DNA from: Vallitaleaceae bacterium
Lineage (GTDB): Bacteria; Bacillota; Clostridia; Lachnospirales; Vallitaleaceae
Direction of reading: 5' to 3'
Length of the DNA stretch: 64,000 bases
Assembly: GCA_028277605.1 (NCBI GenBank)
Contig: JANQFZ010000027.1
Location: 235 to 64,234 of the forward strand
The notes under the pieces were generated by a model, which saw only the letters and a list, made by a program, of their open reading frames with translations, made no database searches and had not been told where the DNA came from. This document shows positions 50,633-58,983 of the stretch, in pieces (position 1 is the first letter of the stretch; the number at the start of each line of letters is the position of its first letter). The position numbers were made by a program, and so were the translations under genes.

Positions 50633-51955
50633 CTATCTACTTAATATTTCATCAATTAATTTTTGAGCATTGTCAGCAGCTTTTTGTGGTTCAGTACCGC
50701 TGATAACATCTTGAATAGAACCTAAAACAGCATTCTGAACATCTTGATCCGTGATAAAGAAACGAGGCTGTGTTCGTGTTTTTCTTGGTCCCCAAACTTC
50801 TCCAATTTCCATTAGTTCTTTAGACGTATATTCGACATCTTTCAAAGTAAGCTGTTGTCCTGTTGTGTTAGCATAATAGCTAGCTATTTCTTTCTCTGTT
50901 AAGAAATCAATAAACATAGCAGCTTCTTCTTTATGATTGGATTTCTTATTAATTCCCAATAAGAACGTTGCGTTATGAATACCATCCCAAACCTTTTCAC
51001 CTTCTGAAGCGGGGTTTGGAGAAATGATACCTAATTCTAAATCTGGATTCTTTGCTAGGATACCAGAGATAGCATAGGAACCTGTTGCAAGCATAGCTGC
51101 TTCTTCACTAGCTATCATATTAATACCATCTTGATGCTTGAGTGAGTTAGCACTGGTGTTAAAGTAACCCTTGCTGTTTAACTCATTGAAGTGAGCGAGA
51201 GTTTTAACCCACCAATCTTCGGTTATTTTTGCTTCACCACTTAAGACTCTTGCCCAAATGCCTTCATCGGGCTCTAGGTTCATCATCATACTATTCATAA
51301 ACTGACCTGGTCCAATATCTCCACCAGGGAATGCAATTGGTACATAGCCAGCATCCTTTAATTTTTGACAGGCATCTAACCAGCTATCCCAATCTTTCAT
51401 AGCTCCTTCAAAATCAACCCCAGCTTTTTCAAAGGCTTTTTTATTGTAAACTGGCTGATTATAAACCATTTGGAAAGGCACAGCGTATTGAACGCCGTCT
51501 TCTAGACCAGCTGTAATCAATGCTTCATTAAACTTAGATACAAAGCTTTGGTTGGTGATATCATCAAATAAATCACCTTTACGAATGGTTTGGAATTGAG
51601 CTCCTGGGAAGGATGTGAAGACATCGCCTGCTTCACCATCTTGAAGTAAAGTATGTGCAGTTGATACATATTGTTCGGATGTATAAATGGTTTGTTCTAC
51701 ATCAATATGAGGATATTTTTCATTAAATCTTGAAATAATTTCATCAAATGCATCTTTGTCTTCTCCACGCCAATGAACAAAGCTTAGAGTTACTTTCTTT
51801 TTGTTCTGATCTTGGTTTTGATTATCTTGGTTATTATCCTTGTCGTTATTATCAGTTACATTGGTATTTTCTGAAGTATCCGCCTTTTTCCCACATGCTG
51901 CTAATACAGGAATAACAAGCATTACAGCAAGTAATAACGCTAAAACTTTTTTCAT
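50633..51955 (-). CDS. Extracellular sugar-binding lipoprotein (candidate sulfoquinovose / SQ-glycerol binding)
   Basis: 440 aa with a lipobox LAAC and an N/D/Q-rich linker, belonging to the family-1 SBPs. Confidence 0.75.
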   Translation of the reverse strand: MKKVLALLLAVMLVIPVLAACGKKADTSENTNVTDNNDKDNNQDNQNQDQNKKKVTLSFVHWRGEDKDAFDEIISRFNEKYPHIDVEQTIYTSEQYVSTAHTLLQDGEAGDVFTSFPGAQFQTIRKGDLFDDITNQSFVSKFNEALITAGLEDGVQYAVPFQMVYNQPVYNKKAFEKAGVDFEGAMKDWDSWLDACQKLKDAGYVPIAFPGGDIGPGQFMNSMMMNLEPDEGIWARVLSGEAKITEDWWVKTLAHFNELNSKGYFNTSANSLKHQDGINMIASEEAAMLATGSYAISGILAKNPDLELGIISPNPASEGEKVWDGIHNATFLLGINKKSNHKEEAAMFIDFLTEKEIASYYANTTGQQLTLKDVEYTSKELMEIGEVWGPRKTRTQPRFFITDQDVQNAVLGSIQDVISGTEPQKAADNAQKLIDEILSR

Positions 51956-52051
51956 GAATATCTCCTCCTTAAATTTATCATAAATGTCCTAAGACATTTT
52001 TTACAAAAACTTTATGAGATTTAATCATTACTAAGTCAAGAAATACATGAA

Positions 52052-52723
52052 CTAAGCAATAGAAATAGTTGTATTACTACCAACAATTCCAATGTGCGCT
52101 TGTTGATGAATCATCCTTAAGTTCTCTGGATGTACTAAAAGCCATTTATTTCTCTTAAACAAGCGATAATCTTCTTCGCATTTTCTTAGAAAATCTTTGC
52201 TAATCTCACAATTGGTACCTCTAGGCAATACAATAATACTCTTAAATCCCTCCTCGCATACTTTACATGGTGCTAAGTGTAAAGTTGTTGAATAGATTTC
52301 TACTGCTGTTCCTCTAGGAATAAAAACGCCTTTAATAAGCTCTGATGAATATTGGTTGTTCTTAATATCCCAGACATGACCTAATAAAAGAACCAAATCT
52401 GTAATAGCAATAAGTATTTCACTTGATTTATGATGCTCTAACCCATTAAGACTTGAATTCCGACCATTGCAAAAACCAATCTGAACTTCCATACCCCCAT
52501 AGAATCTTTGCATTAATGCTTTATGTACATGAGTCTTTTCCATTTCTTCAATAGATGACTCATAGACAGTACCCTGCTCTGGAATATTGGTCTTATTAAC
52601 CATATAGCTTATTATCTCTTCAAAATCATATCCACTAACAACATTGACATATGAAGCTGTCTCAGGTTGTTCGACATGAAATATCTCCACATGTGGATTA
52701 TTTTTCTTTATAGTTTTATACAT
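52052..52723 (-). CDS. DUF4867-like cupin protein (candidate sulfoquinovose isomerase)
   Basis: 223 aa, beta-rich and cupin-like. It is the first gene of the importer/GH31 operon. Confidence 0.55.
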   Translation of the reverse strand: MYKTIKKNNPHVEIFHVEQPETASYVNVVSGYDFEEIISYMVNKTNIPEQGTVYESSIEEMEKTHVHKALMQRFYGGMEVQIGFCNGRNSSLNGLEHHKSSEILIAITDLVLLLGHVWDIKNNQYSSELIKGVFIPRGTAVEIYSTTLHLAPCKVCEEGFKSIIVLPRGTNCEISKDFLRKCEEDYRLFKRNKWLLVHPENLRMIHQQAHIGIVGSNTTISIA

Positions 52724-52872
52724 CCTGTTACACCACCATTACTCATTTTAAAACTTAAGTTATCTAAACTTCTGAACAAGCAAAACAACTCTTAAAATTA
52801 AGGGATTAAAAGATTAAACATGGATAATTGACACTAAATTAAGCCGCTTTATGATCTCATCACTAAGCTTAA

Positions 52873-52894
52873 TTAATTAATCCTTTTAATTATT
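52873..52894. promoter_or_regulatory. Candidate operator (22-nt motif TTAATTAATCCTTTTAATTATT)
   Basis: Exact 22-nt repeat of 61974-61995. Lies upstream of the DUF4867 operon. Confidence 0.45.
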
Positions 52895-52960
52895 AACCAT
52901 AGTTATATTCTACAACTAACCATCTCAAATGTCAATATCCATTTAATGTTTTATTTATTT

Positions 52961-52979
52961 ATTAAAAGGATTAACTAAT
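52961..52979. promoter_or_regulatory. Candidate operator, inverted copy (ATTAAAAGGATTAACTAAT)
   Basis: Its reverse complement contains TTAATCCTTTTAAT, the core of the 22-nt motif. Confidence 0.35.
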
Positions 52980-53046
52980 ATAGTTCGTCATTATGCCCAA
53001 AACCATTACTTTAATTCGCTTGTTATTTGAAAAAATAGGCGCACCT

Positions 53047-53102
53047 CACCTATTATCTTCTGTGGTAAGTGTACACCTATTTATGTAGTATCCATTAAGT
53101 AT
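53047..53102 (-). terminator. Rho-independent terminator after the rpiB-like gene
   Basis: The minus-strand RNA pairs AAAUAGGUGUAC with GUGCGCCUAUUU (12 bp including 2 G-U pairs, plus an inner 6-bp stem), followed by U6. Confidence 0.55.
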
Positions 53103-53111
53103 TCATAAAGC

Positions 53112-53585
53112 TTATTTAAAATTCTCTTCTTCTATTCTTTGAACCTCTTTAAAGGCTTGAGATAAGAAATCGTGTTTATGCTCTAAGCCTTCTGTAAATC
53201 CTGTATTCAACCATCTTTCTACCATATCGATGGCTTTTTGGGGAGCAATAATCCAGCCTCCCATTGTTAGAACATTTGCCTGATTAACAACTGAACACAT
53301 TTTTGATGAATAGCTGCCTTCTACAACCGCTGCATAAACTCCTTTAAACTTATTTGCCAATATGTTCATACCCATGCCCGTTCCACAAAACAGCATCCCT
53401 TTTTCATATTCTCCTGAAGCAACCCTTTTGGCTACTTTTGGTGCAACTTCATAATATGCCTTAAAATCGTTAATATCTAAGAGTCCTACATCTTCCACTT
53501 CGTATCCAATTTCTAACAAATACTCTTTAACCGCTTCCTTTAAGGTAAATCCTGATTTATCGGAACCCAGAATTATTTTCTTCAT
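53112..53585 (-). CDS. RpiB/LacA/LacB-family sugar(-phosphate) isomerase (candidate 4-deoxy-4-sulfoerythrose isomerase)
   Basis: 157 aa with the catalytic-Cys loop FCGTGMGM and NVLTMGG. Confidence 0.7.
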   Translation of the reverse strand: MKKIILGSDKSGFTLKEAVKEYLLEIGYEVEDVGLLDINDFKAYYEVAPKVAKRVASGEYEKGMLFCGTGMGMNILANKFKGVYAAVVEGSYSSKMCSVVNQANVLTMGGWIIAPQKAIDMVERWLNTGFTEGLEHKHDFLSQAFKEVQRIEEENFK

Positions 53586-53617
53586 AGTATAACCCTTCCT
53601 CTCCTGTCAGATTAACT

Positions 53618-54562
53618 TTAGCCTTTTTTACCAATGACTTCTTTAACCGCTTCTATAATATGTTTGGCTTTCATCTCATATTTGTTCATTAAGAAATCCA
53701 TTTTACCTACTTCACCAAAATGATCCTTCACACCAATCCTCTTCATTGGTACAGGATAATTCTCGGTTAGCACTTCAGCAACAGCACTACCAAGACCATT
53801 AATAATATTATGATTCTCAGCAGTTACCACAGCACCTGTATCCTTGGCGGCTTGTATAACCGCCTCTTTATCTAATGGCTTAACCGTATGAATATTAAGA
53901 ACCTTAACCGATATACCCTCTTCTTTTAGTTGGTTAGCAGCATCTAATGATTCTTTTACCATTAACCCAGTAGCCATAATCACCACATCACTGCCTTCTT
54001 TTAACTGCTCTGCCTTGCACCAGTTAAAGGTATACTTCTCATCAAAAATCTGCTCTGTTTTCTTTCTGAACATTCTTATATAAACCGGTCCATAATGATT
54101 AATGATGTGAGGCATTGCTTGTTTTAACTGAACACTATCCACAGGTTCAAATATAACCATATTAGGAATAGAGCGCATGATACCCACATCTTCAAAGCTC
54201 ATATGTGTACCACCATTTAGTTCAGCAGCTACACCTGGGTCACTGCCCATCATCTTAACGTTCAAACCTGCATAAGCAACAGAAATGGTGATTTGATCCA
54301 AACACCTTCGGGTAGCAAAAGGTGTAAAAGTATGGGTAAAAGGTATTTTACCAAATGCAGATAGTCCAGAAGCAACTCCCATCATGTTAGCTTCAGCAAT
54401 CCCTACATCTATCGTTCTTTCAGGGAATTTCTCTTTGAAGGGGAGCGACTTTGCTGCTTTCATTAAATCAGCTTCTACTAAAACAATACGCTCATCTTTT
54501 TCTGCCATTTCTATTAATGCTTCAGTATACACTTCTCTAACTTCTCTTTGTTCTAATGCCAT
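53618..54562 (-). CDS. Transketolase, C-terminal (pyrimidine-binding) subunit
   Basis: 314 aa. Split-transketolase B subunit (DVGIAEANMMG, FEPVD), adjacent to the A subunit. Confidence 0.85.
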   Translation of the reverse strand: MALEQREVREVYTEALIEMAEKDERIVLVEADLMKAAKSLPFKEKFPERTIDVGIAEANMMGVASGLSAFGKIPFTHTFTPFATRRCLDQITISVAYAGLNVKMMGSDPGVAAELNGGTHMSFEDVGIMRSIPNMVIFEPVDSVQLKQAMPHIINHYGPVYIRMFRKKTEQIFDEKYTFNWCKAEQLKEGSDVVIMATGLMVKESLDAANQLKEEGISVKVLNIHTVKPLDKEAVIQAAKDTGAVVTAENHNIINGLGSAVAEVLTENYPVPMKRIGVKDHFGEVGKMDFLMNKYEMKAKHIIEAVKEVIGKKG

Positions 54563-54563
54563 A

Positions 54564-55412
54564 CTAAATCACCTCTCCTTCATCAAGCATGGCGACAGCT
54601 TTTTTCCACATCTCTTCTGTAACAGGCATATTATGAGAGCCAACTAAGCCTTCAGCAAAATACGCACCTTTTCCTTTAATGGTATTGAGTATAATCATAG
54701 ATGGACGACCTTTTTCATCATCTGCTCTTTCAATACTATCTAATATTTGTTGGATATCATGACCGTCAATCACCTGCACATGCCAGCCAAACGCTTTCCA
54801 TTTTAAATCCAAAGGCTCCAAACCATTAACCTCTTGGGTATAGCCATCAATCTGCATCTTGTTGTAATCGACAAAAGCAATCACATTGTCTAGTTGCTGA
54901 CTACCAGCAAGCATAGCAGCCTCCCATATCTGTCCTTCTTGACTTTCTCCATCTCCAATTAAAGTAAATATTCTACAGGGGTTTTTATCTATTTTTGCCC
55001 CTAATGCCATACCTATAGCAGCTGAAAACCCTTGTGCAAGTGAACCTGCTGTCATATCTACTCCAGGTGTTAAGATTTTATCACAATGACTTGGGAGGTT
55101 CGTATTAGAACGATTTAAAGTATCTAAAAGCTGAATATCAAAATAACCTCTATGTGCCAGCGCAGCGTAAAGAGCTGGTCCACCATGTCCTTTAGATAGG
55201 ATAAACCTATCTCTTTCCTGCCAGTCTTTATTACTTGGATCGATTTTCATGACATCAAAATAAAGAGCAGATAACACATCACAAATAGATAAACAGCCGC
55301 CAATATGACCAACGCCTAATTTTCCTATCATTTCAATGGTTGATTTTCTTAGTTCCACAGCCTTAGCTTCAAGCTGTTGGATGCGTTCTTTTTGATTCGT
55401 TATTTCCGCCAT
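54564..55412 (-). CDS. Transketolase, N-terminal (ThDP-binding) subunit
   Basis: 282 aa with GHIGG, SKGHGGPA, and the ThDP motif GDGESQEG..N. Confidence 0.85.
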   Translation of the reverse strand: MAEITNQKERIQQLEAKAVELRKSTIEMIGKLGVGHIGGCLSICDVLSALYFDVMKIDPSNKDWQERDRFILSKGHGGPALYAALAHRGYFDIQLLDTLNRSNTNLPSHCDKILTPGVDMTAGSLAQGFSAAIGMALGAKIDKNPCRIFTLIGDGESQEGQIWEAAMLAGSQQLDNVIAFVDYNKMQIDGYTQEVNGLEPLDLKWKAFGWHVQVIDGHDIQQILDSIERADDEKGRPSMIILNTIKGKGAYFAEGLVGSHNMPVTEEMWKKAVAMLDEGEVI

Positions 55413-55498
55413 GATATAACCACCTTTCTTATTTTTGTTATGTAAATTTTGTGTAAAAAGTATATCACATACTCAGTGTTTTAAGCTATTCACACTCT

Positions 55499-56953
55499 TT
55501 AGTAAATATGGGTTAGGATTCCTATAACATAAATGGTTGCAGCTATTATAACCGATGAGATTACCGTTAATACAGCACCTGCTTTTGCCATATCCTTGAT
55601 AGAAAAATAGCCTGCTGAATAAGGAATGACATTTGTAGGTGTGGATGTAACTAATATGAAAGCTAAAGACGAGGTTAACGCTGCTGGCAATGTAATGGAT
55701 AGAGGATCCAACCCTAAGCTTTGAGCCAGTGCAATAATAATTGGTATAATGATAGTTGCTGTAACTGTATTACTTGAAAAAGCTATTTTTAATAAGGAAA
55801 CAATAAACACAATAGCAAATATCTGTATGAATGGATGTATACCGCCTATCTGACCTAAAAGCACTACAGAAAGCCACATAGCAGCCCCTGAGTTATAGAG
55901 CATCATGCCAAGGGATATACCTGAAACCACTAAGATAATACCACTCCAAGAAATATCTGGTTCAATTTCTTTCCATTTAATTTTTGATACACCAGGAAAG
56001 AAAAATAGGGAAGATGTTAATAAAACAGGCATTGAAATTGGGATCCCGATGCCTAACCATCTTTCAAAAAGAGGTGACGTCAGCCATAAAGCTACCGTTA
56101 ATAAAAATATAACAACGGTCTTTTTTTCTTCCAAGTTCATCTTTGGAAGCTTCAAATACTCTTCTCTTAATTGTTCTTTTGTTTTAGATAGTTTTTTCAT
56201 TTCTGGCTTGAAAAATAATAATAAAATCCCCCATGTTGGAAGCAGCAATAAAAGAGCTGAGGGTACTCCAAAGATCATCCAGTCTAGGAAATTAAGATTA
56301 ACTCCTGCCATATCCTTTAAAAATCCAATAGCCAAAGGATTAGGTCCACATCCAGCAGGCGTTCCTATACCACCAACGATAGGTCCCCATGCACATGCAA
56401 TCATCAGCGCCTTTCCAAAGTTGCTTTTTAATGGAACTACTTTTTCTTCTTCTAAGATACTTTTTCCAAGAGGCATCAGCATTGCTGCAACTGCCATATC
56501 TGTTACCCACATAGAAAGTATTGCGCCAACAAGTAAAAATCCTAGTATGATAAAATAAGTATTGTTGCCTGTTTTTGATAGAATAAACATAGAAATGCGC
56601 TTGCCTAATCCCGACCGTGTAATATAGGCAGATAAAATCAGAACACCTATAAAAAAGACAATGATATCATTACCAAAGCCAGCTTTAACAACAGCCTTAA
56701 AGGAGTCTACATTAAAGAGCGCCATCATAAAAACACCAAGTAAGCCTGTTATATGAAAGGGCAGCGCTTCTGTCATCCATAGAATCAGCGCAAATATGAG
56801 TACAGCCATGGCCGTCTGACCAGCTCTAGTTAAAGTCGCCTCTCCAGCCTGAGCTATAGATTGAGGTATGGATATCGCATTAAATATAAGTGCAATGGCA
56901 AGTGCCAGTAAAATAAAAATGATATTTTTTCTTACATTAACACCTTTTGTCAT
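55499..56953 (-). CDS. DASS/SLC13-family anion permease (candidate organosulfonate exporter)
   Basis: About 484 aa, many TM segments, with two SNT/TPTN-type hairpin-tip motifs (FSSNTVTA, TSTPTNVIP). I prefer the ATG at 56953 (GGAGG 8 nt upstream). Confidence 0.7.
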   Translation of the reverse strand: MTKGVNVRKNIIFILLALAIALIFNAISIPQSIAQAGEATLTRAGQTAMAVLIFALILWMTEALPFHITGLLGVFMMALFNVDSFKAVVKAGFGNDIIVFFIGVLILSAYITRSGLGKRISMFILSKTGNNTYFIILGFLLVGAILSMWVTDMAVAAMLMPLGKSILEEEKVVPLKSNFGKALMIACAWGPIVGGIGTPAGCGPNPLAIGFLKDMAGVNLNFLDWMIFGVPSALLLLLPTWGILLLFFKPEMKKLSKTKEQLREEYLKLPKMNLEEKKTVVIFLLTVALWLTSPLFERWLGIGIPISMPVLLTSSLFFFPGVSKIKWKEIEPDISWSGIILVVSGISLGMMLYNSGAAMWLSVVLLGQIGGIHPFIQIFAIVFIVSLLKIAFSSNTVTATIIIPIIIALAQSLGLDPLSITLPAALTSSLAFILVTSTPTNVIPYSAGYFSIKDMAKAGAVLTVISSVIIAATIYVIGILTHIY

Positions 56954-57845
56954 CAAAGCGTTCCTCCTTAATGCATCTATTTAAAAGCTGTCCAACCAAA
57001 CTAGGTTTCTTAGCTACTAACGCACCTGCTGATTCTAAAGCCTTGATTTTGTCTTCTACAGAACCTTTACCTCCCGATACAATAGCACCTGCATGACCCA
57101 TTCTTTTACCTTTTGGTGCTGTTCTTCCGCCAAGAAAGGCTACTAAAGGCTTTGTAAAGGTGCCATTTTGAATTGCTTCTGCAACTTCTTCTTCCATGGT
57201 TCCCCCTAGTTCACCTATAATGACAACCGCATCGGTTTCTTCGTCCGCTTGATAAAAGGGTAGCATTTCTGCAAATCGTGTACCGGGTACTGGGTCACCC
57301 CCTACTCCAATTAATGTAGAGACACCATACCCTGTCTTTACTACCATAGCTGTTACTTCATTGGTTAAAGAACCGCTTCTAGTCATGATACCAATTCTAC
57401 CTGGCTTATAAACCCGTTTTATCCAATAGGGAAAGAATCCCATCATAGCTTTACCCGGTGATATAACTCCAGATGTATTGCCACCTACGACATAAGCACC
57501 TGCTTTTTTTGCTTCTTGCCTTATCTGTATGGCATCATGTAAGGGTATACCATCCGCAACGGTTACAATTTTCTTAACCCCTGAATCTAATGCTTCCAAA
57601 ACAGCATCCTTTGTAAATCTAGGTGGAACAAATAACATAGATGCATCCACATCATAGGTGTTAACCGCTTGTCTAACCGTATTAAAAACAGGTATGGATT
57701 CCACTTGTTGTCCTGCTTTTCCCGGCGTAACACCAGCAACAATCTGTGTACCCATCTCCTTCATATGCTTCGTCCAATAGCTTCCTTCCTTGCCTGTTAT
57801 CCCTTGAATGAGTACCTTTGTACTCCGCTCAATAAAAATACTCAT
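56937..57845 (-). CDS. ADP-forming acyl-CoA ligase, alpha subunit (SucD-like)
   Basis: 302 aa with CoA-binding GITGKEG and the phosphohistidine loop MGHAGAIV. ATGA overlap with the beta subunit gene. Confidence 0.8.
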   Translation of the reverse strand: MSIFIERSTKVLIQGITGKEGSYWTKHMKEMGTQIVAGVTPGKAGQQVESIPVFNTVRQAVNTYDVDASMLFVPPRFTKDAVLEALDSGVKKIVTVADGIPLHDAIQIRQEAKKAGAYVVGGNTSGVISPGKAMMGFFPYWIKRVYKPGRIGIMTRSGSLTNEVTAMVVKTGYGVSTLIGVGGDPVPGTRFAEMLPFYQADEETDAVVIIGELGGTMEEEVAEAIQNGTFTKPLVAFLGGRTAPKGKRMGHAGAIVSGGKGSVEDKIKALESAGALVAKKPSLVGQLLNRCIKEERFDDKRC

Positions 57846-58969
57846 GATACCATCCCTCCTTGAGCAATTTCAACCGCTCGTTGAACCGCCTCTTCTGTGT
57901 CAAACAAGCATTCTAGACCAGCTTCTTGCAGCAATTCGACTGCTTTTTCTTCATTAGTACCTCTGATACAGGCAACAATGGGTCTATCTGGCTTCAATTT
58001 TGCAATAGCATTCACCACACCTTCTGCCATCACATCTGCTCTAGCAATGGTACCGAATGTCACGATTAATATAACTTTAGATTCATTCTTAAGACATAAG
58101 GACATGGCTTTTTCAGCTTTTCTATAGTTAGGTCCGCCAAATTCTAAGTAATTGGCAACTGTTCCACCTGCATAATGAATGAGATCATAGACCGTAGTAG
58201 TCAAGCCAGCACCTGCACACATAAGGCTGATATCACCATCAAATTGTATATAAGGAATCCCTTCTAAGGCTGCCTCATATTCAACTTCATTATCATAATA
58301 AGCGCTTGTTTTTTCATAGGTAGTTTGTCTGTAGGATGCATTATCATCAATAATTAGCTTACCATCTCCAGCTACCACATGTCCCTCTTGAGTTATAAAC
58401 AGCGGATTGATTTCTACTAATTCTGCATCATACTTTCTAAAAACTGTATATAATTTCTGCACTATAGGTATCACCTGTTTAGCATAAGGTGTATCTAAAC
58501 CAAGATTGTAAGCAATATTTCTACTATTAAAGCCTTGGATACCTAAATTAATATCGATTGGCTCTTTGATTATTTTCTCAGGCGAAGTCACAGCTAAGGC
58601 TTCAATATCAATTCCCCCTTCTTCACAAGCGATGATAAGGGCTTTGGAATCAACCGGATCCACAGTTACAGATAAATAAAGCTCTTTTTCTATATTGACT
58701 GCACGCTCAACCAATATCTGTTTAACATGATACGCACTATTAAAGATCTCCTCAGCCTTATCTTTTGCTTCATCCAAAGTTTCCACCAACTGTATAAGTC
58801 CTGCTTTACCTCTTCCGCCTTGAAGTACCTGTGATTTGAGTACACATGGTAGACCAACCTGACGAACTGCATCATCTAATTGGGATAGTTCATTGATGAG
58901 ATGTCCCTCAGGAATAGGAATGCCAGCTTCTTTGAACACTTCTTTTGCTTGATATTCAAATAATTTCAT
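57842..58969 (-). CDS. ADP-forming acyl-CoA ligase, beta subunit (SucC-like ATP-grasp)
   Basis: MKLFEYQAKEVFKEAGIPIP N-terminus. I prefer the ATG at 58969 (GGAGGAG RBS) over 59017. Confidence 0.8.
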   Translation of the reverse strand: MKLFEYQAKEVFKEAGIPIPEGHLINELSQLDDAVRQVGLPCVLKSQVLQGGRGKAGLIQLVETLDEAKDKAEEIFNSAYHVKQILVERAVNIEKELYLSVTVDPVDSKALIIACEEGGIDIEALAVTSPEKIIKEPIDINLGIQGFNSRNIAYNLGLDTPYAKQVIPIVQKLYTVFRKYDAELVEINPLFITQEGHVVAGDGKLIIDDNASYRQTTYEKTSAYYDNEVEYEAALEGIPYIQFDGDISLMCAGAGLTTTVYDLIHYAGGTVANYLEFGGPNYRKAEKAMSLCLKNESKVILIVTFGTIARADVMAEGVVNAIAKLKPDRPIVACIRGTNEEKAVELLQEAGLECLFDTEEAVQRAVEIAQGGMVS

Positions 58970-58983
58970 GGGTGATTCTCCTC

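Noticed and set aside
55905-56558. 217-aa plus-strand ORF
   Set aside because: It lies entirely antisense to the well-supported DASS permease gene. It has a low-complexity Ser/Pro/Ile-rich composition, no RBS and no recognisable motif, so it is a shadow ORF.
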